This document shows positions 1 to 9,474 of a stretch of DNA of 64,000 bases, in pieces (position 1 is the first letter of the stretch; each line of letters opens with the position of its first letter). The notes beneath the pieces are model-generated. The model did not search any database, had not been told where the DNA came from, and was given only the letters and a program-made list of their open reading frames with translations. A program made the translations under genes and the position numbers. Source of the stretch: Candidatus Omnitrophota bacterium (lineage in GTDB: Bacteria > Omnitrophota > Gorgyraeia > Zapsychrales > JANLHA01); contig JAKQKX010000069.1 of NCBI GenBank assembly GCA_029560465.1, positions 77,021 through 141,020 of the forward strand, in the 5' to 3' direction.

Positions 1-717
1 GGGAAAACGACGACGCTCTACGCCTCTTTAAACGAGATATCATCCAAGGAAAAAAATATTATTACTTTAGAAGACCCTGTTGAATACCGCTTGCCGTTTA
101 TCCAGCAGTCTCAGGTGAACAGCGCGATCAAATTTGATTTTGCCAGGGGCTTGCGCTCTATTCTCAGGCAGGACCCCGATGTCATTATGATCGGAGAGAT
201 CCGGGACCGGGAAACGGCGGAGGTCGCGATCCATGCCGCCTTAACGGGGCATCTGGTTTTTTCCACGTTGCATACAAACGATTCTGTCGGAGCGGCCATC
301 CGTTTGATCAACATGGGCGTGGAGCCGTTTTTGATTACGTCCTCCTTAATCGGCGTCATCGGGCAGCGGCTGATTCGACGCGTTTGCCCGGCCTGCCGCG
401 AACGGATTCCTGCCGACCAAAAAATGTGGCAGGCGTTGGGAGGCCAGGAAGAGGTCGAGGAATTGTACCGGGGCCGGGGGTGTCCGCAGTGCGCTGGGCG
501 GGGTTACCATGGCCGGATCGGGGTTTTTGAACTGTTTGTTCCTGATGAACCGGCCCAGCAGATGATCCTGCAAAAGCAGTTCAGTCCTGCGATTCGGAAG
601 GCCGCCCGGGACAATGGGATGCGTACGATGAAACAGATGGCCTTGAAAAAAGCGGCGGCGGGACTGACAACGGTCGAGGAAGTTTTGAACTTTACGCATG
701 ACGTTGGCGAAGAATAA
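1..717 (+). CDS. gspE: Type II secretion/type IV pilus assembly ATPase (GspE/PilB family), 5'-truncated by window edge
   Basis: Frame is open from base 1 ([10 protein letters not shown], end of Walker A). Contains [35 protein letters not shown] and CPAC...CPQC Zn motifs. Confidence 0.93.
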   Translation, partial: GKTTTLYASLNEISSKEKNIITLEDPVEYRLPFIQQSQVNSAIKFDFARGLRSILRQDPDVIMIGEIRDRETAEVAIHAALTGHLVFSTLHTNDSVGAAIRLINMGVEPFLITSSLIGVIGQRLIRRVCPACRERIPADQKMWQALGGQEEVEELYRGRGCPQCAGRGYHGRIGVFELFVPDEPAQQMILQKQFSPAIRKAARDNGMRTMKQMALKKAAAGLTTVEEVLNFTHDVGEE

Positions 718-728
718 GGAGATCTTTT

Positions 729-1946
729 ATGAATTATAAATTTGTGGCGATGGACCCCAAGGGGAAACGAGTCGCGAACTATGTTATCGCGGAAAATATG
801 GCGTTGGCGATTAAGCGCCTGAAGGACACGCAATTGCTTCCATTAAGGATTGATGAGGCGCCCTCGCTGGCCCACCGGGTGTCCCGTAAAGCCCGGCTGG
901 GTTACGGAGCCGTGACAGCCAAAGATTTGGCCATTTTTACCCGCCAGTTGGCCGCAATGTTAAACGCCGGATTAATTTTGAGTGACGCCTTGCTGGTCCT
1001 CAGCGAGGATTGTGACAATGAAAAACTGCAGAGAATTGTGTTGGATATGCATAAAGGGATTGTGGGCGGATTGAATTTGTCCGGTGTCTTAAGCCGGTAC
1101 CCACAGGTTTTCTCCAGGAGTTATGTCGCTATTATCAAGTCCGGGGAAATGAGCGGGCAGATCAATTATGCCTTGGACGGGCTGGCGGAATATTTGGAGA
1201 AGCAGGAAGAGCTCAAAGAGAGCGTCAAAAGCGCTTTAAGTTATCCTGTTTTTGTCATGATTTTTTCATTTATGGTTATGACGGCGGTGGTGCTGTTTCT
1301 CATTCCAAAATTCCAGGAAATTTATTCCCAGTCCGGGGAGAGCCTTCCATATCTTACCCGGGTGGTCATCGACACGAGCTCTTTTATAAACGCGCACCTT
1401 GGGGAGATTGGTTTTGGCCTGCTTGCGGTTTTGATCCTTCTCTGGCAATCCTTACGTTTTAGCCTGGTTGTCAGGTTGAAAGATATCGTTTTATTGAAAA
1501 TTCCGGTTTTTGGGAAGGGAATTATTCATAAATTTTTATTAGTGCGTTTTTGCCGGACCATGAGCCTTCTTTTGGCCGGAGGGGTTGACTTGTCAACGTC
1601 GTTGACCATCGCTTCCCAGGTGGTGCATCACGATAGCATGAGCAACGCGATTGAGAGGGTCCGCCGTAAGGTTTTGGCCGGGGCATCGATCCATAGCCAG
1701 ATGAAGCAACTGGCGCTGTTTCCGCATCTGGTCGTCAAGATGGTGGATATTGGAGAGAAAACCGGGAATCTCCCCGGGATGCTGACCCGGATCGCCGATT
1801 ACTATGAAAGCGACATGAATCGGATGACCAAAAAGATCCTGCCTTTGATTGAACCGTCTTTGATTGTGTTGATCGGAGGATTTGTTTGTTTTGTTATTGT
1901 GGCGCTGTATTTGCCGGTTTTCAACGTTTCTTTTTTGGTGCAATAA
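729..1946 (+). CDS. gspF: Type II secretion/type IV pilus inner-membrane platform protein (GspF/PilC)
   Basis: FTRQLAAMLNAGL, GEMSG, SALSYP, GEKTGNL, LIEP..I and ALYLPVF motifs; directly follows the ATPase. Confidence 0.93.
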   Translation: MNYKFVAMDPKGKRVANYVIAENMALAIKRLKDTQLLPLRIDEAPSLAHRVSRKARLGYGAVTAKDLAIFTRQLAAMLNAGLILSDALLVLSEDCDNEKLQRIVLDMHKGIVGGLNLSGVLSRYPQVFSRSYVAIIKSGEMSGQINYALDGLAEYLEKQEELKESVKSALSYPVFVMIFSFMVMTAVVLFLIPKFQEIYSQSGESLPYLTRVVIDTSSFINAHLGEIGFGLLAVLILLWQSLRFSLVVRLKDIVLLKIPVFGKGIIHKFLLVRFCRTMSLLLAGGVDLSTSLTIASQVVHHDSMSNAIERVRRKVLAGASIHSQMKQLALFPHLVVKMVDIGEKTGNLPGMLTRIADYYESDMNRMTKKILPLIEPSLIVLIGGFVCFVIVALYLPVFNVSFLVQ

Positions 1947-1960
1947 AGAGAGGGCAGGAC

Positions 1961-2893
1961 ATGCATAGAACAACCATAACTTTAACGGCCCGATCGGCCG
2001 AGGAATTCCAGGGGAAACTGCAGTGGATCGGTAAGCCGTGCCGAAAGCCGCAGCCGCTCGTTCTTTTGTTGCAGGACCCTCGGATTTATGTCAACGCATT
2101 CCAGGTTCCCAATGGCCCGAGGCAGGGCATCCGGTATCATATTTTAATGGAAGCGGTTGAGAAATTGTCGTTACCGGTGGAGGACATCATCTTGGATTAT
2201 CAGATTTTGTCCCGGGATTCTGACATGGTTTTTGGAGTCTACCTCTGCGCTTCCCGGGACACGATTGCGGATTATGCGTCGGTGCCCGACCCCCAGACAG
2301 TCCGCCTGGTGAAGATCACCGACAGATTTTTATGCCTGTTGGAGCGATTCCGGAATCGTCAAAGTTGTCAAGACCGCTGTTACTGCCTTCTTTATATGGA
2401 TCGAGATCAGGAATTTCGCATCGCTGTCTTACAGGACGCCCGGATTACTTTAATCCGCAACGTGATGTTTGAAGATATGAACGAAGCCTCGGATGCGTTG
2501 ATCCAGACGTTACGTTTTGTCTGTGCGAAGAGCAAAATCAAGTCGCTGGACGGTATATATTGGGGCGGGGAAGGGGCCTCGTGTCCTCTCCTGATGGAAA
2601 CCCTTAAGAAGAATGTGGCGGTGGATTGCCCGGTGGAAGAATTGCCAGAAGAAGCTTCTGCGGGGGACATGAATGTGAATTTACTGAGAGAACGTTTGCG
2701 GTGGCAAAGAACGCAGCAGGCCCTGTATGCGGCCTGGACAGCGGGCCTTATGATCGTGTTTATGTTAACAGGCGCACTGACCTGGAAGATTTATCAACTT
2801 GAGACGGAAATCGGGAGCTTCTCCGCGGCCTATACCGTTTATGATTATGAATTAGCCCGGAAATACAAGGAAAGGCTGGCGCCCCATGAATAA
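1961..2893 (+). CDS. Divergent PilM/GspL-like pilus assembly protein with C-terminal TM helix
   Basis: LSLPVEDIILDYQIL and IQTLRF...IYWGGEGA resemble PilM. ATG 1961 follows GAGAGGG. Located in the pilus operon. Confidence 0.5.
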   Translation: MHRTTITLTARSAEEFQGKLQWIGKPCRKPQPLVLLLQDPRIYVNAFQVPNGPRQGIRYHILMEAVEKLSLPVEDIILDYQILSRDSDMVFGVYLCASRDTIADYASVPDPQTVRLVKITDRFLCLLERFRNRQSCQDRCYCLLYMDRDQEFRIAVLQDARITLIRNVMFEDMNEASDALIQTLRFVCAKSKIKSLDGIYWGGEGASCPLLMETLKKNVAVDCPVEELPEEASAGDMNVNLLRERLRWQRTQQALYAAWTAGLMIVFMLTGALTWKIYQLETEIGSFSAAYTVYDYELARKYKERLAPHE

Positions 2894-3824
2894 AAATATT
2901 CCCTTCTTTTCGTCAGAGTTGAATGTCCTGCCAACGCGATGCGGTGTTGCCCTCCTTTGCTTTATGCTCATCGGCGGTTTTCAGTCGTACTGGATCCACC
3001 AGAGGAGCGTTGTTTTGGCCCTGGAACGGCAGCGGTTCGCCCTGGCAGGAGAAAAGGCCAGGTTGGAAGCGTCATTAAGATCAAAAACAAAAAGGCAGCC
3101 GGTGGCGGTGCAGACCGGGGTTTTTGAGGCGGTGATTGAGGAGAGACGCGGAGTGGAAGCCAGCCCTCTGCCGGTTTTCAAGCGGGAAGCGGTAGAACAG
3201 GCGCGAGCCGAATCTCAGGCGGAAATGTTACCTCCTCTGGAAAGCGTTGTCCAGGAGGCGTCCTTTCCTCACGTGAATGGGATCGTGGAGTATCAAGGCC
3301 GTGCCACGGTCCTGATTCAGGACCGGTATTACGAAGAAGGGGACTTTTTTCAAGATTACCAGATCATCCATATTTCTCCCCGGGCGATCACGATTATCAA
3401 CACATCGACCGCGGAAGTCGCGTATTTGTATTTTTCCGAGGAGGCCGAACGCATGAAGCGGCTGGACCAGGCGTTAAAGACCGCCCAGTTTCACATGATT
3501 GTCCAAAAAGCCTTGGAGGAGAGGATGAAGGACACAGGAACTTTTGACCTGTTCGATAAAACTATTAATAAAGTGCGGAAACTTAAGCTGGGCGGCTTCC
3601 TTCAGGATGTCCAGGAAGGGAAGGATAGTGTGTATGTGCCCGTAGAATTCCAGGATATTCTTCATGATAAAAATGTCAGTGTTATTGCCGTGTTGAAGAA
3701 AGATGGTCATGACTGGGTGATTAAGAGTTGGGAATTGACCGCTATTGAAGACCCGGTCCCTCAAGTTGTTCAAGCTTCCAAGTTGGAGTTATCTTCCGTA
3801 TCAGCCGATCCGTATATCCAATAA
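2886..3824 (+). CDS. Hypothetical membrane-anchored protein with a GspB/GspC/PilP-like beta domain
   Basis: N-terminal TM; VNGIV...ATVLIQDRYYEEGD...YQIIHISPRAITI resembles the T2SS B/C-type domain; overlaps the upstream gene by 8 nt. Confidence 0.5.
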   Translation: MNKNIPFFSSELNVLPTRCGVALLCFMLIGGFQSYWIHQRSVVLALERQRFALAGEKARLEASLRSKTKRQPVAVQTGVFEAVIEERRGVEASPLPVFKREAVEQARAESQAEMLPPLESVVQEASFPHVNGIVEYQGRATVLIQDRYYEEGDFFQDYQIIHISPRAITIINTSTAEVAYLYFSEEAERMKRLDQALKTAQFHMIVQKALEERMKDTGTFDLFDKTINKVRKLKLGGFLQDVQEGKDSVYVPVEFQDILHDKNVSVIAVLKKDGHDWVIKSWELTAIEDPVPQVVQASKLELSSVSADPYIQ

Positions 3825-3940
3825 GCCCCGGCACAGAACAGTGCGTTATAATGGCTGCGGTTGTTTCCGGGGCAGTGCCCTGCCCCCCGGGAGAGAGGGA
3901 ACGGCGAGAGGTGTAACGCAGGGGTTTCGGCAGAGGCCTT

Positions 3941-5137
3941 TTATAGTTTTTTGTAGAGGGCCAGGGTTTTTCTTGCGACTTTTTCCCAAGTAAAATATTG
4001 GAGGACCCGTTGGCGTCCGGCTTTGCCGTACCGGGATCTTAACGTGTCGTTATCCATGAGTTGATTGATGTTGACCGCAAGATGCCTGGAAAATTCTTTC
4101 GGGTTCGTTGGTTCCAGATGGGAGTTTTTCCGCAGCCGGACCGGAACCAACAGCCCCGTTTTTTTGTCTTCCACAACTTCCTTGATCCCTCCGACGGCTG
4201 AAGCCACGACGGGAGTCGCGCAGGCCATGGCTTCGAGATTGATAATCCCAAACGGTTCATAGACGGAAGGACAGCAAAAAACCGCGGCGTGGGAATAGAG
4301 CGCGACTTTTTCTTCCTCGCTGATCATGTCTTTTATCCAGATAACCCCGGGATGGAGCGCTTGGGCTTGCTTGACAAGAGCCACCATCTCCCGGCTGATG
4401 TCCGGCGTGTCCGGGGACCCGGCACAGAGGACGATTTGAAAGTTTTTTTTCATGAAGGGAATGGCGTTCACCAGGTGTAGGATTCCTTTTTGCCTCGTGA
4501 TCCTGCCGACAAAAAGGACGAAAGGCTGGGCGGGATTGATCCCGAAACGCGTCAAAGTCGAGGGGGCTTGAACCGGTTTGTAAATCTGCGGGTTAATGCC
4601 GTTGGGGATGACGTGAATTTTTGATTCAGGAACCCGAGAGAACCGGAGGATATCCTTCTTGGTGTCTTCGGATACGGCTATGATGGCGTCGGCCATTTCA
4701 AGGGTGGTCTTTTCTAGCCAGGAGGTGAAATCATACCCTCCGCCCAATTGCTCTCTTTTCCAGGGACGAAGAGGCTCCAGGGAATGGACCGTGACCACCA
4801 GAGGGATCGCGTAGTTAAGCTTGGCCAGGATCCCTCCCCAATGGGTGTACCAGGTGTGCACATGGATAATGTCCGCGTCGACTTTATCGGTATTAAAATG
4901 CAGGCAGCGTTGCAGGGCATCAAAGACCCGGTTGTGACCGTCGGGGATGGAGTAATGCTCGGTGGAATTCTGATAGCCCGTTACCTTGAGGTTAGCTTGC
5001 CGGTTGTCTTGATCGCCGAAACACCGCACTTCAACCTGGCATAGTTTAGCCAGTTCCCGGCTGAGGTTGGCGACATGAACGCCAGCCCCACCGTAAATAT
5101 AAGGGGGATATTCATTGGTTAACAGCAATAGTTTCAT
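3941..5137 (-). CDS. glgA: GT4 glycosyltransferase, actinobacterial-type GlgA/GlgM (maltose-1-phosphate synthase-like)
   Basis: TNEYPPYIYGGAGVHV, HSLEPLRPWKREQLGGGY, VGRITRQKG and CPSVYEPFGIINLEAMAC signature. Confidence 0.88.
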   Translation of the reverse strand: MKLLLLTNEYPPYIYGGAGVHVANLSRELAKLCQVEVRCFGDQDNRQANLKVTGYQNSTEHYSIPDGHNRVFDALQRCLHFNTDKVDADIIHVHTWYTHWGGILAKLNYAIPLVVTVHSLEPLRPWKREQLGGGYDFTSWLEKTTLEMADAIIAVSEDTKKDILRFSRVPESKIHVIPNGINPQIYKPVQAPSTLTRFGINPAQPFVLFVGRITRQKGILHLVNAIPFMKKNFQIVLCAGSPDTPDISREMVALVKQAQALHPGVIWIKDMISEEEKVALYSHAAVFCCPSVYEPFGIINLEAMACATPVVASAVGGIKEVVEDKKTGLLVPVRLRKNSHLEPTNPKEFSRHLAVNINQLMDNDTLRSRYGKAGRQRVLQYFTWEKVARKTLALYKKL

Positions 5138-5280
5138 TGTAGATAAAATGAGAGTGTAAATGATATGTGTCTATTATAAAGGAAATAGGGAAAAAAGAAA
5201 GTTGAATGAAAAAAAAGGGCCTGGGCTCGTAGAATGGCCGATCTCGGAATGCGGCTTTAGGGCGGCCTGGTAGACGCGGG

Positions 5281-6315
5281 TTAATCATCATCTGGTTGCT
5301 GGACACGAAAGTCTGCCCATACCGGCCTGTAATCAGAAATAGCGCTGCCTGCTTTTTGATCATTGTTTTTAAACATGTTTTCGTCAAATTTTGTCACCCC
5401 GGAACGGCCCGTGTATTCCTGGCAGTATTTTTTCTGGAACCAGATGTTGTCATAAAGTCTTGTCCCGGCAATATTTGTCGTGTCCGGGGTTTTGATGAGG
5501 GGAGTCATCGTCGGAAACCGTTTAAGGTTGTCCCACGCTGGGTCTTCGGGAGGGAGGTTAAAGTGACCGAGGAGGATGATATCCTGCTCTCGGGGAAGTT
5601 CTTTTTGTATGAAATTGTAAAGGTCCGGCAGGGCTTTTATTTCAGTGCGACGCTGTTCTTCATTTACGCCCCAGGACATGTGGACAGTGACAAGAGTGAA
5701 GTCAAAATGTCCGGACTGGAACGTGGCGTAGAAAGGCTCTCGGATAAAGGGGGAATCTTTCGGATGGTAAATCATCCCTTCCCCAGACATCGAGATTTTG
5801 TCCGTGCGGTATAGAAACGCGTGAAGACCCGTATGCCGGACAGGCGCGGCCGCGGCAGATATATAGGCGTAAGGCAGCCCGAGGCCTTTTAGGATATCCA
5901 CGATTTTCTTTAGGGCCGTTTCCGTTTCGACCCCTTGAACGGCAACCACATCAAAATATTTGATAATCTGGGCCGTATAACCCAGATCCGGCACGTGGTT
6001 GTTATCAGAAGAACTGATATAAAAAGAAGCGATACGGATATCTCTCGGGGAGGGTTGTTTGGGCTCCTGGGCGTTATCTTGCTTGGAGCCGAGCCGTTTT
6101 TCCGGGGACGGTGTGACGGTTATAATCTTGGGACTGGAATTTTTTTGAAGCTTGGCGACCCGTTTTTTCAACGCTTCTTTGACCTCCGGGAAATATTCCT
6201 CGACAAACCCGGAAATATGGTCTTTGTAGGACCCGATATAGAAGCAGATCACCCCAACAATAATGAGACTGATCAGGCGCATGAGGCATGACGCCCGGAG
6301 ATTGCGAATTTGCAT
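5281..6315 (-). CDS. Membrane-anchored DNase I-like (EEP family) protein with degenerate catalytic residues
   Basis: N-terminal TM; IASFYI, FDVVAVQG, REPFYATF, FDFTLVTVH, GHFN, YDNIWF and SDYRPV correspond to EEP motifs. Confidence 0.8.
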   Translation of the reverse strand: MQIRNLRASCLMRLISLIIVGVICFYIGSYKDHISGFVEEYFPEVKEALKKRVAKLQKNSSPKIITVTPSPEKRLGSKQDNAQEPKQPSPRDIRIASFYISSSDNNHVPDLGYTAQIIKYFDVVAVQGVETETALKKIVDILKGLGLPYAYISAAAAPVRHTGLHAFLYRTDKISMSGEGMIYHPKDSPFIREPFYATFQSGHFDFTLVTVHMSWGVNEEQRRTEIKALPDLYNFIQKELPREQDIILLGHFNLPPEDPAWDNLKRFPTMTPLIKTPDTTNIAGTRLYDNIWFQKKYCQEYTGRSGVTKFDENMFKNNDQKAGSAISDYRPVWADFRVQQPDDD

Positions 6316-6446
6316 GTGTCCTCCTATGGTCTAGAAAATATTGTAGCGGAAAAAATGGTCATGAAAAGCAGAGATCAATATAAAATCGTGCTGAAGACCT
6401 GAACTCAACAGCACGGGGCGAGGGACGCCAGGAAGCGTTTTAAAGA

Positions 6447-7511
6447 TTATTTTTTCTCAAACCTTTTTTTGAAATCCTCTTCTGATTCGAATGCCGTGTC
6501 CTCGGGGTAAGGATATTGGAAATCTTTCGGCTTGAGTTCCTCGTTTATTTTTATGTTTTCAAAAGTGACTTCGACATAAGTTTTTGCTTCGAGCCCCCAT
6601 CGAATGGCGTGGATATCTTTGATCGCCTGCCGGGCGATCTTTTGATTCTCGGCTGAGAGCTCCATTTTTAAAACGGGAAAGATGCTGTTGATGGCTTCTA
6701 TGTCTATGCCCCGCGCGAAAAATTCGTCGGAGTGCCCGGAAAATTCATAATCGATTTTCAAGATAAGATGATTGGACTTGGATATCCAGATCATATACGA
6801 TCCCGAATTGACATCCTGTTTAAAAAGGTAGCAATGTTCTCTCCCAAAAGTGGCATTCCCGAAGTATGAGAAGGTTTTTAGCAAGGCGCACTCGTCTGTA
6901 CAGCCAATAAAGAAATCATATAAAATATTTATATACCCCACGCCCATCCGCGCCAGAATAGCGTTAGGAAGCTGAAAATACTTTTTGTTTTTATAGTAAA
7001 AATGACCTTCTCCGCTGTGCCAGGCCGCGCGGATTTCTTCCACGCTTTTGGGCGCAGATGTTTTTTCCACGATTAAGTAAAAGCCGGGCCGCTGAAATTT
7101 AATGGTGATATATTTATACCCGCTTGAGAGGGAGCTCCCATAATTTGTGTTCGTGATCCCCCCGCCGTTGCATTGGAATGAACTCATTTCTTTATACTTA
7201 GCCAGGACCGCTTTAAGAACCTCTTCGCCCTGGACGTCTTCTCGGGAGATTTTTTGCCCTTTATACAGGAGGACTTCTTGGATTTCTACGGTTTTTTCCG
7301 GAAGAGCACGGTACGCGGCGGCAAATTTTTCATCCATACGTTTGAAGGGGATTTTCAGAACGCTGCTTCCGGTGTTGATTTTGATGTGCTCATCGGTTTT
7401 TTCGACAACCTCCCCCTGAATGACCATCCCGCTTTTGAGCACCACGGATTCTGCGAAAACGGTGTTGGCCGAGAGGAAAAGAAAAACAACTATCCTTAAA
7501 CATTGGCGCAT
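6447..7511 (-). CDS. Secreted protein with LolA-like/DUF2092-type domain; paralog of 9475-10698
   Basis: Signal peptide (ANTVFA); YITIKFQRPG, MIWISKSNHLILKI and INEELKPKDFQYPYPE are typical of LolA-like folds. Confidence 0.6.
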   Translation of the reverse strand: MRQCLRIVVFLFLSANTVFAESVVLKSGMVIQGEVVEKTDEHIKINTGSSVLKIPFKRMDEKFAAAYRALPEKTVEIQEVLLYKGQKISREDVQGEEVLKAVLAKYKEMSSFQCNGGGITNTNYGSSLSSGYKYITIKFQRPGFYLIVEKTSAPKSVEEIRAAWHSGEGHFYYKNKKYFQLPNAILARMGVGYINILYDFFIGCTDECALLKTFSYFGNATFGREHCYLFKQDVNSGSYMIWISKSNHLILKIDYEFSGHSDEFFARGIDIEAINSIFPVLKMELSAENQKIARQAIKDIHAIRWGLEAKTYVEVTFENIKINEELKPKDFQYPYPEDTAFESEEDFKKRFEKK

Positions 7512-7777
7512 TTTAAACTCCTTTAGTTTATATTATAGATAATAAAACATAAAGTCCAAAAAATCAAAACAAGTTATTTCATCAACCTTAAAATGGCCTT
7601 TTGCACAGAGAAATAACCTTAGGCCCAGATTGCGATTTTATTAAAACCGAAACAAAAGCGGGAGACGCCGTGTGGTATAATAAATGGCCTGTTATTCAAT
7701 GGGGGGACCGGGTGAAAAGTTTGAGCCAAGCTGTTTGCCTGTGTGATTTTGGACCAAAAACAAAGGAAGCGTATTTT

Positions 7778-8590
7778 ATGATGCCGAGAATTAGATTTAT
7801 TTTTATTTGCGTTTGTGCCTGTCTCCTGTCCTCTTGTGCGACCGTTCCCATAACAGGCAGAACCCAATTGGAGCTTATTCCTGCGAATACGATGCTTTCC
7901 ATGAGCTTTCAGCAGTATGATGATTTTTTAAAGAACCATAAATTGAGTGCGGACAGCGCTCAAACGCGAATGGTTAAGACCGTGGGGGAGAGGATTCAGG
8001 GCGCGGTTGAGGAATATATGACGGAGCACGGGCTCTCGGCACGATTGAACGGTTACGTCTGGGAATTTAATGTGGTTGAAAACGAGGAGGCGAACGCTTG
8101 GTGCATGCCGGGGGGGAAAGTCGTCGTTTATACGGGAATTCTTCCGATCACTCAGGATGAGAATGGGTTAGCTGTTGTTTTATCACATGAAATTGCGCAT
8201 GCGATTGCCCGGCACGGGGATGAGCGCATGAGTCAGGGTTTGCTCACGGAGATGGGAGGCTTTGCCCTTTCAACAGCGTTGGAACAGAAACCGGAGAAAA
8301 CCCGGGCGCTCTGGATGACCGCCTTCGGTGTCGGAGCTAATTTGGGGGTTATTTTGCCTTATAGCCGACTTCATGAAAACGAAGCCGATCATTTGGGGTT
8401 GATTTTTATGGCTATGGCTGGTTATGATCCCCACAGGGCGGTCGCATTTTGGGAAAGAATGGCTCAACAGAAAGGAGGCTCGGCCTCGCTGGAGTTTTTA
8501 AGCACGCATCCATCGGACCAGACTCGGATTAATAAGATTTTGGCGACCATCCCCGAGGCGATGAAATATTATAAACCTCGATCTTATTAG
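7778..8590 (+). CDS. M48 family zinc metallopeptidase lipoprotein (YfgC/LoiP/Oma1-like)
   Basis: Lipobox LLSSC; NAWCMPGGK, HEIAH, YSRLHENEAD and FLSTHPS. Start moved to ATG 7778 after AAGGAAG. Confidence 0.92.
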   Translation: MMPRIRFIFICVCACLLSSCATVPITGRTQLELIPANTMLSMSFQQYDDFLKNHKLSADSAQTRMVKTVGERIQGAVEEYMTEHGLSARLNGYVWEFNVVENEEANAWCMPGGKVVVYTGILPITQDENGLAVVLSHEIAHAIARHGDERMSQGLLTEMGGFALSTALEQKPEKTRALWMTAFGVGANLGVILPYSRLHENEADHLGLIFMAMAGYDPHRAVAFWERMAQQKGGSASLEFLSTHPSDQTRINKILATIPEAMKYYKPRSY

Positions 8591-8673
8591 GTGGCAGGCT
8601 CTTATAGGGCCTCGTTAGAAAAATGAAAAGAATTTTATTTTAATTATAGTGGTTCATGAAAGGAGGCGTTTTT

Positions 8674-9396
8674 ATGCGTTCAGGCAATCCCGTGTTAACA
8701 GACAACACCTTCAGCGGGGTCCGGTCGTATGAACCGGATGATGTCATGTCGATCCAGGGAACAACCAATAAAAGCTTTATCCTTCTTTTCCTTGTGATGT
8801 TGACGGCAAGCTGGGTATGGAGCAACCCAGCGCCTGGGCTTTCTTTTTTGTTGCCGGCTTTAGTGGGAGGCTTCGTGGCCGCCCTTATCACTATTTTTAA
8901 GAAAGAGTGGTCCCCGGTGACCGCACCGATATACGCTTTTTTGGAGGGGATTGTTCTGGGGGCTGTTTCGATCCTTTTTGAACAATCGTATCCGGGGATC
9001 GTCATGCAGGCGGTTGGACTTACGATGGGAACCTTATGTGCGTTATTAATTGCTTATCGGTCAGGGATGATCACTGTTACGGATCAGTTCCGCAGGGGCA
9101 TTGTGGCCGCCACCGGAGGGATCGCTCTATATTATCTGCTGAGTCTGATCCTGGGGTTTTTTCATATCCGTCTGCCGCTTATCTATAACAGTGGCCCGCT
9201 TGGTATCGGATTCAGCCTTATTGTTGTTATTATTGCCGCTTTGAATCTGGTGCTGGATTTCGATTTTATTGAACGAGGAACCCGTATGGGTGTTCCCAAA
9301 TATATGGAATGGTATGGGGCTTTTGGCCTCATGGTCACTTTGATTTGGCTGTATATGGAAATACTGCGGTTGCTGTCAAAGCTTCGCCGGAGATAA
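8674..9396 (+). CDS. Bax inhibitor-1/YccA family membrane protein
   Basis: MRSGNP start after AGGAGG; about 7 TM; LDFDFIE...PKYMEWYGAFGLMVTLIWLYMEILRLLS signature. Confidence 0.9.
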   Translation: MRSGNPVLTDNTFSGVRSYEPDDVMSIQGTTNKSFILLFLVMLTASWVWSNPAPGLSFLLPALVGGFVAALITIFKKEWSPVTAPIYAFLEGIVLGAVSILFEQSYPGIVMQAVGLTMGTLCALLIAYRSGMITVTDQFRRGIVAATGGIALYYLLSLILGFFHIRLPLIYNSGPLGIGFSLIVVIIAALNLVLDFDFIERGTRMGVPKYMEWYGAFGLMVTLIWLYMEILRLLSKLRRR

Positions 9397-9474
9397 AAAA
9401 CGGAATCGTTTTGTTTGCCGCTCACGTCAACGGGGTTTGGCGGAGTCATCAGCTGACTTGGGCAACAAGTTGAT

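Noticed and set aside
3825-3940. GC-rich intergenic segment considered as a tRNA or ncRNA
   Set aside because: No cloverleaf, T-loop consensus or CCA; only weak hairpins between convergent genes.
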